From the IMG/VR virus record IMGVR_UViG_3300042473_001540, positions 245,757 to 309,756 of that record: a DNA stretch of 64,000 bases. One strand, 5' to 3'. Below the pieces are notes generated by a model. That model was not told the DNA's origin and did no database searches. It was given only the letters and a program-made list of their open reading frames with translations. The translations under genes were made by a program, and so were the position numbers. Positions within the stretch are counted from its first letter, which is position 1. Every line of letters begins with the position of its first letter. Positions 19,286 through 28,735 of this stretch are shown here, piece by piece.

Positions 19286-19336
19286 CCCCTGCTCAAACCC
19301 TGCTATAGTGTGGTTGCAAGAGAGGAGACCGCAGAC

Positions 19337-19588
19337 ATGATGAGGGCTGTGAAAGCGTTGATGGGCTGGCGTAAGGTGGTTAATGACAGCCTTACAGATG
19401 TGTCGTTTGGGTCAAACGGTGGAGGCGAGTGGATGGCACAGGAACTGCTCTCCATGTCAGACGCTGACCGTATCGCCCTTGCTGCCGAACTGCTGGCAGG
19501 GACGGGATACGAGACCCGGCGTACGGAGCGTGCAGGCTCTGATGTGGCGGATTTTTTGCTGTGCGGCGCTTCAATGAAGAGGGAGTAG
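19337..19588 (+). CDS. hypothetical protein
   Basis: GAGGAG RBS; promoter 19282-19309. Confidence 0.6.
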   Translation: MMRAVKALMGWRKVVNDSLTDVSFGSNGGGEWMAQELLSMSDADRIALAAELLAGTGYETRRTERAGSDVADFLLCGASMKRE

Positions 19589-19593
19589 TAGAG

Positions 19594-19845
19594 ATGAACC
19601 TCAGCAAGCTCAAAGTGATCCAGACCACATATGCGCTAGAGCGTGAGGACTACGTGTATCGCATTACAGTGGACGAGGATGGTTGGGTCATCATCAAGAG
19701 GACTGACTCCCAGCATCCCATGTGGACGCATGGGGCTCTCACCCAGGCTTATGACGCGGTCTGTGAAAAGTTTGTGGTGATGATCCGTGTGGAAAACATG
19801 CGTCTCCGTCCCGATGAGGCTGAAAAAGTGCTTGCAGGGCTTTGA
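19594..19845 (+). CDS. hypothetical protein
   Basis: GGGAG RBS. Confidence 0.6.
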   Translation: MNLSKLKVIQTTYALEREDYVYRITVDEDGWVIIKRTDSQHPMWTHGALTQAYDAVCEKFVVMIRVENMRLRPDEAEKVLAGL

Positions 19846-19887
19846 AGCTGGTGCTATATTGAGTTTGCACAACAGGGACACGGTGAT

Positions 19888-20319
19888 ATGGCCTACATGA
19901 ACCAAACTCGCAAGAATGAGATCACTCCTGCTGTGAAGCGTGTGCTGAGCAAGTATAAGATCAAGGGCACGCTGAGTGTGCGCAATCACAGCACCTTGGT
20001 GCTGAGCATCAAATCCGGCAGCATTGATTTCTGCCAGAATTGGTATGACAAGTGGACTGCCGAACATGCGCGCCGCCCCACTGCACATCAGCCCACAGAG
20101 GTTCCGGACCACATTGATGTGAATGTGCATCACATTGGGAGCCACTTTTCCGGACGTGCAGAAAAGTGCCTCCAGGAGTTGCTGAACGCTATGAACGAAG
20201 GCAACTGGAACCGGAGCGATGTCCAGACCGATTATTTTGACCGTGGATGGCACGTTTCAATGGGCATTGGTCGTTGGAACAAGCCCTACGTTTTTGAGAA
20301 GGTTAGCAAAGGTGTTTGA
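19888..20319 (+). CDS. conserved phage early protein with SD.QTDYFD motif (LPD29-like, tentative)
   Basis: NWNRSDVQTDYFDRGWHVSMGIGRWNKPY. Confidence 0.5.
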   Translation: MAYMNQTRKNEITPAVKRVLSKYKIKGTLSVRNHSTLVLSIKSGSIDFCQNWYDKWTAEHARRPTAHQPTEVPDHIDVNVHHIGSHFSGRAEKCLQELLNAMNEGNWNRSDVQTDYFDRGWHVSMGIGRWNKPYVFEKVSKGV

Positions 20320-20545
20320 AAAGCGTCTATGGCTGGTCAAACTCAGCTTTAGAGATGATCGTCAGAGAGAGTTGGGCACTAGTGAGTTCTCAGTGATGGC
20401 TCGAACTCATTGGGGTGCTCAGAGAGAAGTACGTCGTCAGGTAGAGATCATGCGACACAGCTATGGCCAGATGTATCCAGGCCAATCAGTGTCGATCTAC
20501 AGCACTGTGAGCCTAGGAGTTGGTGAGTTCATCTGCGTAGCCTAG
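20312..20545 (+). CDS. hypothetical protein
   Basis: GTG start overlapping upstream stop. Confidence 0.5.
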   Translation: MFEKRLWLVKLSFRDDRQRELGTSEFSVMARTHWGAQREVRRQVEIMRHSYGQMYPGQSVSIYSTVSLGVGEFICVA

Positions 20546-20595
20546 TTTGGAAAACATGCGCCTTAACCCTGCATTGCGATAGCGAGGAAACATAC

Positions 20596-20994
20596 ATGAC
20601 TCGAAACGAGTTTGACGGTTACATTCGGCTGGTGTTCAGCAGCGCAAGCAATTGGCGCGGCGAAGACCACATTTGGTGGCCACATGGAACCGATCTCTAC
20701 TACGAGGTCACATGGATCACAGGTGGGATGACAGGGGGCAACTGTTGGGGGGACAGTGCTGAGCACAGTGTGAGCAGTGAGCCTGAGCCCTCTCTTGAAC
20801 TGCTGGATCAATTCTTGGATGAGGTGTGCCCAGATCTCACTGCTCGGCAGTATCGCCGGCTACTTGCAGAGGTTCCTTATCGAGACAGCTACACTGACTA
20901 CGAGTATTATGGCAACCACACCACACGTGGCAAGAAGGTTGTATCCTTCAAGGACCTCTACAAGTGGTTGTGCCAGGAAGTTTGGAAGTGCTGA
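20596..20994 (+). CDS. hypothetical protein
   Basis: GAGGA RBS. Confidence 0.7.
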   Translation: MTRNEFDGYIRLVFSSASNWRGEDHIWWPHGTDLYYEVTWITGGMTGGNCWGDSAEHSVSSEPEPSLELLDQFLDEVCPDLTARQYRRLLAEVPYRDSYTDYEYYGNHTTRGKKVVSFKDLYKWLCQEVWKC

Positions 20995-21395
20995 TTACCT
21001 GTATCGCTGGCCTGCCCGGCAGTGGCAAAACCCATCTCATGGACAAGATTAGCGACCAATACCCACCGCTCAGAGCATGGGCGGTAGATGACATAACCGA
21101 GCTGGGGCAGTTGCCAGGAGTGCATGCTGTATTCCATCTTGACCATCTCATTATCGCCGATCCTCACTTCTGTAGAGAGAGCACCAGGGTACGTGCAGAG
21201 ACTTTGCTGACGGGTTGGTATAACCGGCCCATAGAATGGATCTTTTTTGAGAACAATCCCCAACGATGCCGCGAGAACGTGCACTGTAGGAACGATCAAC
21301 GGAGGGTGTTGGGGATGATCCACATCCTAAGTCAACTCTATACCATTCCAGCAGGGGCTGATGTGCGGCCAGTATATTGTCGCATAGACTCATAA
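20988..21395 (+). CDS. small P-loop NTPase/kinase (AAA_33-like)
   Basis: IAGLPGSGKT Walker A; LIIAD Walker B-like. Confidence 0.7.
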   Translation: MLITCIAGLPGSGKTHLMDKISDQYPPLRAWAVDDITELGQLPGVHAVFHLDHLIIADPHFCRESTRVRAETLLTGWYNRPIEWIFFENNPQRCRENVHCRNDQRRVLGMIHILSQLYTIPAGADVRPVYCRIDS

Positions 21396-21447
21396 TTTTT
21401 AGGTCTTGATCAAGACTCCTGCTATACTCAAGGCAGGAGAAACATGA

Positions 21448-22389
21448 ATGAAGAAAATACTTGTAACTGGTGGGGCTGGGTTTTTGGGCAGCCACTTGTG
21501 TGAAAGACTTGTGGCCCGAGGACACCATGTGCTGTGTGTGGACAACTATTTTACTGGATCAAAATCCAACATACAGCATTTGTTAAGCAGTTCCAATTTT
21601 GAGGTCATACGTCATGACGTCTGTGTGCCCTTATATGTGGAGGTAGATGAAATCTATAATCTTGCCTGTCCTGCAAGTCCCAAAAGTTATCAAAAAGATC
21701 CTATTCAAACCATGAAAACCAGTTTTATGGGATCTTATAATCTATTAGGCTTGGCCAAACGCACAAAAGCAAAGATCTTTCAAGCCAGCACTAGCGAAAT
21801 TTATGGCGATCCTTTTGTTCATCCGCAACCAGAATCCTACTGGGGCAATGTAAATCCTCTGGGCCCGCGTGCCTGTTACGATGAAGGCAAACGTGCTGCT
21901 GAAACACTTTTTATGGACTATAACCGGCAACACAATGTTGACGTTCGGGTGGCTAGGATCTTCAACACCTACGGACCGCGCATGAGTGTTGATGATGGGA
22001 GAGTAGTTAGTAATTTTATTGTGCAGGCGTTACAAGGGCTGCCTTTGAGTGTGTATGGTGAAGGCACCCAAACACGTAGCTTCTGTTATGTTGATGACCT
22101 AATTGATGGCATTTTGACATTGATGGAGTCCACATCTTCTGGCTCACAACCTGTGAATTTAGGCAATCCTCATGAGGTAACAGTCAGGAGCCTTGCAGAG
22201 CAAATCCAACGCCTCACAGGGTCCACTAGCCGGATTTTAAATTTACCGTTGCCTGTAGATGATCCACAACAGCGTCAAGCTGATATTACTAGAGCAACAA
22301 GCATACTGGGTTGGGAGCCAAAAATCCCTCTTGAGCAAGGACTACAAAAAACTATAGCCTATTTCCAACAGGTGCTGACCAATGCCTAA
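21448..22389 (+). CDS. uxs: UDP-glucuronate decarboxylase (UDP-xylose synthase), extended SDR
   Basis: [55 protein letters not shown]. Confidence 0.92.
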   Translation: MKKILVTGGAGFLGSHLCERLVARGHHVLCVDNYFTGSKSNIQHLLSSSNFEVIRHDVCVPLYVEVDEIYNLACPASPKSYQKDPIQTMKTSFMGSYNLLGLAKRTKAKIFQASTSEIYGDPFVHPQPESYWGNVNPLGPRACYDEGKRAAETLFMDYNRQHNVDVRVARIFNTYGPRMSVDDGRVVSNFIVQALQGLPLSVYGEGTQTRSFCYVDDLIDGILTLMESTSSGSQPVNLGNPHEVTVRSLAEQIQRLTGSTSRILNLPLPVDDPQQRQADITRATSILGWEPKIPLEQGLQKTIAYFQQVLTNA

Positions 22390-23017
22390 GGTAACAACCG
22401 CAGTTTTTATCAGTGGACGAGGCAGCAATCTCTTGAGCCTTCTCAAGGCACAAAATGATTCCCATTGCCCCTTTCAAATTCAATTGGTGGTTAGTAACAA
22501 TGAGGATGCGGGCGGATTGAAACTAGCACAAGATCATGGCGTGCAATGGGCAATCTTTCCCAACAGTGCGTACAAAAAAGATAGGGAAGGTCAAGAGGGG
22601 GCTATTCACCAACTTTTGGTGGAACAAAAGATTGAGCTAGTTGCGCTGGCTGGCTACATGCGGGTTTTGACTCCGTGGTTTGTTGCACAATGGAGTCAAC
22701 GAATTATCAATATTCATCCCAGCTTGTTGCCCAAATATCCTGGATTACACACTCACCAAAGGGCTTTGGCAGCAGGGGATCAAGAACACGGTTGCACGGT
22801 ACACTATGTTACAAAAGTGTTGGATGCTGGTCCTATTATCCTACAAGCCAAGGTTCCTGTAGAGCCTGGAGATACAGAATCTGATTTGAGTCTTAGGGTA
22901 TTGGTGCAAGAACACCTAATCTATCCCCAGGCATTGTCCTTGGTTTCCCAGCAACTCTGCGACAAAAAAATAGTGGGAGAAAAAGGCATTTCGCTGGAAA
23001 AACCGGTAGACAGCTGA
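22382..23017 (+). CDS. purN: phosphoribosylglycinamide formyltransferase
   Basis: [40 protein letters not shown]. Confidence 0.95.
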   Translation: MPKVTTAVFISGRGSNLLSLLKAQNDSHCPFQIQLVVSNNEDAGGLKLAQDHGVQWAIFPNSAYKKDREGQEGAIHQLLVEQKIELVALAGYMRVLTPWFVAQWSQRIINIHPSLLPKYPGLHTHQRALAAGDQEHGCTVHYVTKVLDAGPIILQAKVPVEPGDTESDLSLRVLVQEHLIYPQALSLVSQQLCDKKIVGEKGISLEKPVDS

Positions 23018-23069
23018 GATGGTGATGCTATTATGCGGTTGTAGGCAACGAAACAGAGGATGCTACACG

Positions 23070-23552
23070 ATGAACACCAAGCAGTTCAACATCATTGGTA
23101 TTAGCCGCTTCCAGGGCGTGCTGACCTTCCGCGTTAGCAACGGCAGCATCAAGCACCGTGAGACTGTGCTGGCACGCGAAGGGCACACTGAGGTGCAGTT
23201 CAAGACCCTCCCGCAGCCCATGACCAAGGCTGATGCTGTGGCTTGGATGCGCAGCCAGGGCGTGGACGCTGTGGTGCCGGCCAAGAATCTCAAGAAGAAG
23301 ATTGAGGCCATCTTGGCTGCTGAGCGGGAAGCTGCTGCTCAGAAGGCTGCCAAGGATTGGGCCGAGATGCAGACCAACAGCATGAGCAAGCTGGCTGCCA
23401 AGCGGGCCCGGGACGCTGCTCGCAAGCGGGAGAAGCGTGCTGCTGAGCGTGCGGCTCAAGAGGCTGCTAAGCAGCAGGGCATCAACCAGCTGATGGGGGC
23501 GGTTGACCAGGAGTTTGGGGTGGATGTGGAGCGTGAGCTGGCGGGGGAGTAA
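23070..23552 (+). CDS. hypothetical protein with basic Ala-rich helical C-terminus
   Basis: GAGGA RBS; promoter 23007-23034; strongly C/G-ending codons. Confidence 0.75.
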   Translation: MNTKQFNIIGISRFQGVLTFRVSNGSIKHRETVLAREGHTEVQFKTLPQPMTKADAVAWMRSQGVDAVVPAKNLKKKIEAILAAEREAAAQKAAKDWAEMQTNSMSKLAAKRARDAARKREKRAAERAAQEAAKQQGINQLMGAVDQEFGVDVERELAGE

Positions 23553-23566
23553 GCAGAGGAATATGG

Positions 23567-23655
23567 AACTGGTGGGGTGACGAACCCGTAAACCCAGTTT
23601 GACACCAAGAAAGCGGCTGGTGGGGTGATGAACCCGTAAACCCAGCCGCTTTCTT
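23567..23655. repeat. two tandem copies of 29-nt motif CTGGTGGGGTGAYGAACCCGTAAACCCAG, each closing a hairpin
   Basis: Copies 23569-23597 and 23617-23645, one mismatch; different outer stems (AACTGG/CCAGTT; AAGAAAGCGGCTGG/CCAGCCGCTTTCTT). Confidence 0.9.
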
Positions 23656-23660
23656 GTGAG

Positions 23661-23666
23661 TAAATA
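23661..23666 (+). promoter_or_regulatory. T4-type late promoter core TAAATA
   Basis: Upstream of ParB-like gene. Confidence 0.6.
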
Positions 23667-23690
23667 GGGGAACAAACAAAGGATGGGTCA

Positions 23691-24092
23691 GTGAGAGCAA
23701 GTGATTTTTTGTCGCCAAAAATTCAGTTAACTGAAAGCATAACTGGTAGCGAAATGCTGACTCTCTACAAAAGCATGCATCACGAAGAGCCCACTAATCC
23801 TGCTATGGTCAACTGGATCAAAAGTCAAGACTGGGGCATAAAAATGATCAACCCGCAAGACTTTCCAGATCACTATGGTGATGTGCTGCCAGATGATCCT
23901 TTTAATCGGGTAATTGATATTGACGATGAGATTGTGAAAAAGCTAACCATCAAACTAGAGCGTGGAGAGCAAGTGGACCCTGTGATTATGGGACCAAATG
24001 GCAGTGTTGTTGACGGCAACCACCGAGCGCAAGCTGCCAAGGAGGCTAGTGTAAGCATCTTGGCATATGTTCCCATGGGGCAAACTGTTTGA
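23691..24092 (+). CDS. ParB/Sulfiredoxin-like domain protein, candidate virion-packaged
   Basis: VDPVIM..VVDGNHRAQAA; N-terminus MRASDF..LTE. Confidence 0.7.
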   Translation: MRASDFLSPKIQLTESITGSEMLTLYKSMHHEEPTNPAMVNWIKSQDWGIKMINPQDFPDHYGDVLPDDPFNRVIDIDDEIVKKLTIKLERGEQVDPVIMGPNGSVVDGNHRAQAAKEASVSILAYVPMGQTV

Positions 24093-24123
24093 CGCAAGCT
24101 TGATAAGATCGCATACTTGACCC

Positions 24124-25122
24124 ATGAGCACATATCAAGAAGCTGGCGTTAACATAACTGCTGGAGAAGAGTTTGTTGACCAAATAAGGCCCTTGGCCCA
24201 ATCCACACACCGAAAGGGCGTGTTGGGCACAATAGGCGGCTTTGGCGCAGTGTTTGACATCGGCAGCTTGGGCATGCGTGACCCCCTGCTGGTTAGCACA
24301 ACTGATGGCGTGGGAACAAAGCTGTCACTTGTCAAAGAGGCAGGCACACGCCTTCAAGGCTTGGGGCAAGACCTAGTTGCTATGTGTGTGAATGATCTTG
24401 TGACAACAGGTGCAACGCCACTTTATTTCTTGGACTATCTGGCTGTGAACAAGCTGGATCCCTCTACGCATGTTGATATCATAGAGGGCATTGCAGAAGC
24501 TTGCAGAACATCTGGTTGTGCACTAGTGGGCGGTGAAACAGCAGAAATGCCAGGAGTCTACAGCCCAGGCGATTTTGATTTGGCTGGATTCGCTGTGGGT
24601 GCTGTAGAGCGCAACAGGCTGCTTCCTAAAAATGTTTCTGTAGGTGATGCAGTAATTGCTCTGCCCAGCAGCGGAGTGCACAGCAATGGGTTCAGCCTCG
24701 TGAGGAAAATCCTTCACGACAGTGGCACAAGTCTTGATGCGCTTGTGCCTTGGGACCTTACAAAAACTTTTGGTCAAGTGTTATCTACTCCCACTGCCCT
24801 TTATGTCAGCACAATTTTGGAACTGCACACAAAAGGCCTACTTACGGCTGCTGCACACATCACTGGTGGAGGCCTGTATAGCAATCTCAAGCGTGTGTTG
24901 CCAAGTGATCTTGATTTTGAAAAAACCAGAGGTTGTCCGGTGCCTGAAGTATTTCGTTGGCTACAAACCGCAGGGCATGTCTCAGACACTGAAATGCACT
25001 CTGTGTTCAATATGGGCGTGGGCATGTGTTTGATCTCCAACCAACCCAGCAAAGTAGTTGAGCTGTTGTGGGCGCAAGATCAAGCCTGTTACCTTATTGG
25101 GCATGTAATCAATAAGCGATGA
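24124..25122 (+). CDS. purM: phosphoribosylformylglycinamidine cyclo-ligase (AIR synthetase)
   Basis: YQEAGV, GGFG, DGVGTK, CVNDL, GGETAEMPG, SSGVHSNGFSL, HITGGG. Confidence 0.95.
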   Translation: MSTYQEAGVNITAGEEFVDQIRPLAQSTHRKGVLGTIGGFGAVFDIGSLGMRDPLLVSTTDGVGTKLSLVKEAGTRLQGLGQDLVAMCVNDLVTTGATPLYFLDYLAVNKLDPSTHVDIIEGIAEACRTSGCALVGGETAEMPGVYSPGDFDLAGFAVGAVERNRLLPKNVSVGDAVIALPSSGVHSNGFSLVRKILHDSGTSLDALVPWDLTKTFGQVLSTPTALYVSTILELHTKGLLTAAAHITGGGLYSNLKRVLPSDLDFEKTRGCPVPEVFRWLQTAGHVSDTEMHSVFNMGVGMCLISNQPSKVVELLWAQDQACYLIGHVINKR

Positions 25123-25316
25123 AGTATCGTGTGGAGATTTGGGAGGCAGTGCGTGGTTTAGAGCCCACTCTTATTCACGTATTGCTGTTCAACACCTTAG
25201 ATGACGCCCTTACAAGAGCTAGATCCACTACCTTAGCCAACACCTTGCCTTTGGCTCCTGATTGGTACTCATTCAGTAAGGGACCATATGTTCAAACCGA
25301 AAGCATTACAATATGA
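25119..25316 (+). CDS. small hypothetical protein
   Basis: ATGA overlaps at both ends. Confidence 0.6.
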   Translation: MKYRVEIWEAVRGLEPTLIHVLLFNTLDDALTRARSTTLANTLPLAPDWYSFSKGPYVQTESITI

Positions 25317-26212
25317 CCCTTCCTCACTTGCTGAGCATTGATCAGTTTGACCTCACAAGTATACACACATTATTCACAACTGTGAAAGGCATTGAACTGG
25401 GCCTCACCCAACCAGTAGCTCAAGGGAAGGTATGTACTAACCTCTTCTACGAGCCCAGCACACGCACCAGCAGTAGTTTTTATTCAGCCATGGTGCGGCT
25501 AGGTGGCGCTGTCATCCCCATCAATGATGTCAGCTTCAGCTCTGTCAGCAAGGGTGAGAACCTAGAAGACACTATTCGCACTTTGGCCAGCTATTCAGAC
25601 TGCATTGTGTTGCGCCATCCCGAAAAAGGGGCAGCTCAATGGGCTGCGGCTGTAAGTCCTGTTCCTATCATCAATGCAGGCGATGGAGTTGGTGAGCATC
25701 CCACACAAGCTCTCCTAGACCTCTATACCATCCAGCGGCATGTGGGCTTGACTCGTCCCATTGACGTGTGCCTAATGGGTGACTTGCGTCATGGTCGAAC
25801 TGTGCACAGCCTCACCAGGTTACTGCGTCTATATGATGTGAGACTGCACATGGTGAGTCCACCAGGTCTGGAGATGCCGCAAGAACTCACAGAGGAAACA
25901 GACAAGCTTTACACCAGCATTGACGAATGTGTGGACAAGGTGGATGTGATCTATGTTACCCGTGTGCAGAAGGAGCGGATTGCGCCGAATCTACAAAGCA
26001 CGATGGGCAAGTATCAGCTCACTCCTCAGCACATGAGCCAGGCCAAGAGCAGCAGCATCATCATGCACCCTTTGCCGCGTGTTGACGAGCTGCCCAGCAG
26101 CTTGGACAGTGATCCCCGGGCCGTGTACTTCAAGCAGATGCGCTATGGTCTCTATGTGCGTCAAGCTATCTTTCTCCACATGTTCAGTGACAGCGTGCCT
26201 TGGAAGTTTTAG
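25313..26212 (+). CDS. pyrB: aspartate carbamoyltransferase catalytic subunit
   Basis: FYEPSTRT, SKGENLEDT, INAGDG.GEHPTQALLD, HPLPR. Confidence 0.96.
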   Translation: MTLPHLLSIDQFDLTSIHTLFTTVKGIELGLTQPVAQGKVCTNLFYEPSTRTSSSFYSAMVRLGGAVIPINDVSFSSVSKGENLEDTIRTLASYSDCIVLRHPEKGAAQWAAAVSPVPIINAGDGVGEHPTQALLDLYTIQRHVGLTRPIDVCLMGDLRHGRTVHSLTRLLRLYDVRLHMVSPPGLEMPQELTEETDKLYTSIDECVDKVDVIYVTRVQKERIAPNLQSTMGKYQLTPQHMSQAKSSSIIMHPLPRVDELPSSLDSDPRAVYFKQMRYGLYVRQAIFLHMFSDSVPWKF

Positions 26213-26267
26213 GTTGACATCTAAACACTTCTCTGTATAGTGCGCTTGAATCCGCAAAGAGGCAACT

Positions 26268-26615
26268 ATGTTTGGCTTCATGAAAAGTTGGTTTACTCAG
26301 CCGTCTCTGTCCGTCAGATCCGCCCAGGATCTCAGCTACTTAGAGCTAATTGAAGAACTGCGAACCAGGGATGATATTGAAATCTTTGCCCGCTTGCGGT
26401 TTCGAGATCAGTGGGTGAAGAATTTTCACGAGAAAAATCCTGGTGCAAAAGTTCCAAGTGGTTTCCTCATGAGGTTTGGTGCACTGGACAGAGTGGCCTC
26501 AGAACGCATGCTGAAACTGATGAACGAACTCAGAGTCATGCGTGAGCTACCAGAAATCAGCCATGAAAAGCTGGAGAAGCACCTTGCGGGCTCCTATCCA
26601 AAGAGCATGCGATGA
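26268..26615 (+). CDS. hypothetical protein
   Basis: GAGG RBS; promoter 26214-26241. Confidence 0.65.
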   Translation: MFGFMKSWFTQPSLSVRSAQDLSYLELIEELRTRDDIEIFARLRFRDQWVKNFHEKNPGAKVPSGFLMRFGALDRVASERMLKLMNELRVMRELPEISHEKLEKHLAGSYPKSMR

Positions 26616-26788
26616 ACCAATTGATCGAGTTGAGTTTTTTCCTGCCCGAAATGGTTCTTTTTGGGGCAGGGCTATACACTTGGTATCATCTTTTCACCTC
26701 CATTGGAAAGTGGAGCTGGAAGCGAGTGGCTCTATACCTCTACGGTGCAGCTTGTGTCTACAGCCTTTGGATCATGGGTTACCAATAG
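26612..26788 (+). CDS. small membrane protein (58 aa, not in ORF track)
   Basis: MNQLIELSFFLPEMVLFGAGLYTW..; ATGA overlap. Confidence 0.55.
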   Translation: MNQLIELSFFLPEMVLFGAGLYTWYHLFTSIGKWSWKRVALYLYGAACVYSLWIMGYQ

Positions 26789-26846
26789 CTGGTTGACATG
26801 CCATCAAAAGCTGCTATATTGGCGGGGTAGAGCACGGAGACAGTAG

Positions 26847-27569
26847 ATGAGCAACTGGAAGGTAGAACCTGCTGCACCGCACACGGTGGAAGGCATGATC
26901 TGCTCTCTTGCAGGCGTGTGCGACGGTGCAAGGCAGCATGACCAACAAGGGTTTTCTGGTGCAGACACTGAGTTTGGCCACAGCTTGGCCAATCGTGCTC
27001 AGCAAGGTAGGCCCTTCACGCTGAAGCAAGCGCAGGCTGCATTGAAGCTCGTGAACAAATACCGCCGACAAATTGGTGGGACGGACTTTGTGAAAGCGTT
27101 CCTGGAACAGCCAGTGTTCAAGCTTGCACCGCTGGATCCCAACGCAGCAGTTGGCAACCTCGAAGGCAGGCATCACAATCCGCGGCGTATCATCAGCGAA
27201 CAGAAGACTGCGGTGTTCCACTTCCCTTACAATCCGGACTTGGTGGCTGCGCTGAAGATGGTCCGAGGCGAGCACAAGGGCGAAAAGTATCGGGCACAGT
27301 GGGAGCCCTCCCGCAAGGTTTGGTTGTGCCCTGTGAACGAAAGCAGCATCTGGAGCATCATGGATGTTGCAGATAAGTTTGAGTTTGAGGTGGAAGATCG
27401 TTTCACCACTTACTTGGAGCGTGTGCGAGAAAAGACGGAAGAAAGTCGAGTTCATCTCATGCTGACAGGCGGCCAGCATGTGACATTGGCAGGCGACACA
27501 CTGATTGTGTCGGTTGACGACGCTGCCATTCTCAAGGAGATCGAAGATGAGCTCAACACTGACGCCTGA
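26847..27569 (+). CDS. N-terminal module of HARP/SMARCAL1-like helicase (CDGA domain plus HARP domain)
   Basis: CDGA..D..GF..D..FG.SLA..KQ..KY motif; FHFPYNPDLVAALK..AQWEPSRKVW HARP-like; promoter 26793-26820. Confidence 0.55.
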   Translation: MSNWKVEPAAPHTVEGMICSLAGVCDGARQHDQQGFSGADTEFGHSLANRAQQGRPFTLKQAQAALKLVNKYRRQIGGTDFVKAFLEQPVFKLAPLDPNAAVGNLEGRHHNPRRIISEQKTAVFHFPYNPDLVAALKMVRGEHKGEKYRAQWEPSRKVWLCPVNESSIWSIMDVADKFEFEVEDRFTTYLERVREKTEESRVHLMLTGGQHVTLAGDTLIVSVDDAAILKEIEDELNTDA

Positions 27570-27828
27570 TTGGATTGACAGAGACCTACTGGCAGAGGCA
27601 TTTCGAGAGATGCCTACCCCACATGGTGCCACCTTCGACGATGGCCGCCGCTGGTGTGGACGGTGTGAGAAGCCTGTGCTCACATGTGAGGCAGTGGTTG
27701 GGGATGGTTGGGCTGACAAGATCTGTCAGCGTTGCACCAGCATCTGGCCCGAGTTCAGCGACCTCTACCAGCTGCAACTGCTGATGGCGGATGAGGATGA
27801 AGATTATTTTCCGGATACTATGCATTGA
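27547..27828 (+). CDS. small Cys-rich (Zn-binding) protein
   Basis: CGRC, CQRC; AAGGAG RBS. Confidence 0.6.
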   Translation: MSSTLTPDWIDRDLLAEAFREMPTPHGATFDDGRRWCGRCEKPVLTCEAVVGDGWADKICQRCTSIWPEFSDLYQLQLLMADEDEDYFPDTMH

Positions 27829-28106
27829 CGCTGACAGCTCTAGACCAAATTCAATTCCCTCTCAATCTGCTCAAAACCCGTGACGCTGATCAGTGGCCCT
27901 ATATGATTGAGGTTTTAGACGTGCCCAATATTACTTTGAAAAGAAACCAAACACTGGGGCTACAGCTTTTTGGCACTCCTGATGCAGAGAGTTGCAGCAG
28001 CCGATGGTCATGGCATGCCATCAGCATCCATAATTTCTCATGTGTGAGGTTTTGGTTCCGGTCCAAGGATGACTTGACACAATTTGCGTTGATGATGGAA
28101 AGGTAG
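27825..28106 (+). CDS. F....D...F.L paralog family protein
   Basis: C-terminus FWFRSKDDLTQFALMM. Confidence 0.6.
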   Translation: MTLTALDQIQFPLNLLKTRDADQWPYMIEVLDVPNITLKRNQTLGLQLFGTPDAESCSSRWSWHAISIHNFSCVRFWFRSKDDLTQFALMMER

Positions 28107-28109
28107 AAT

Positions 28110-28481
28110 ATGGGTATCGAAGATCTCAAGGGCATCACTCTGCTCAACATTGAGCTTGAACGCGAGCCAGACCAGCTCATGTTTTACAGCGAGTGCGGGC
28201 GTAGGTGGCGAATGTGGCACTGTCAAGACTGCTGTGAGAATGTTGTCCTCCAAGACATCATTGGCGAGCTAAGTGACCTCGTTGGTGCGCCTATTCTTGT
28301 GGCTGAGGAGCGTGTGAATGGAAGCGAGACTGAATGGGGGCACGAGACCTGGACATTTTCCGAACTAGCTACCATCAAGGGCAGCGTGACACTGAGATGG
28401 CTGGGTGAGAGCAACGGCTACTACAGCGAAGCAGTGGATTTTGAACAGTTGATGAGTGTAGAGGAGAGTCTCCGAGCATGA
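28110..28481 (+). CDS. conserved phage protein (CCE.V / GESNGYYSE family)
   Basis: QDCCENV, TWTF, WLGESNGYYSE. Confidence 0.75.
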   Translation: MGIEDLKGITLLNIELEREPDQLMFYSECGRRWRMWHCQDCCENVVLQDIIGELSDLVGAPILVAEERVNGSETEWGHETWTFSELATIKGSVTLRWLGESNGYYSEAVDFEQLMSVEESLRA

Positions 28482-28675
28482 GCAGCTACCTAGTGATCCG
28501 TCAAGACGACAACGGTGTGTGCACAATTTTGGCCGACAAGCTCAGTGAGCACGAAAGCCGGCGCTTGGTTGAGATGATGACCAAGCGTGGACACAAGGCC
28601 ACTTACTTTGCCCAACTATATCTCAACCCTCATCAGCGCCAGCAGATTCTCATCACTCATCATGTGAATCTCTAG
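28478..28675 (+). CDS. small hypothetical protein
   Basis: YLVIRQDDNG..GHKATYF; ATGA overlap. Confidence 0.65.
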   Translation: MSSYLVIRQDDNGVCTILADKLSEHESRRLVEMMTKRGHKATYFAQLYLNPHQRQQILITHHVNL

Positions 28676-28735
28676 ATTTAGGATTGACCATCCCTTCAAA
28701 CCTGCTACAATGCAGGGGTAGGAAGGAGAGCTTAC

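Noticed and set aside
23567-23655. CRISPR mini-array or TIGR array reading of the 29-nt repeats
   Set aside because: Only two units, a 19-nt gap that forms part of the second stem, no cas or Nop-domain gene in the window, and no paired box D
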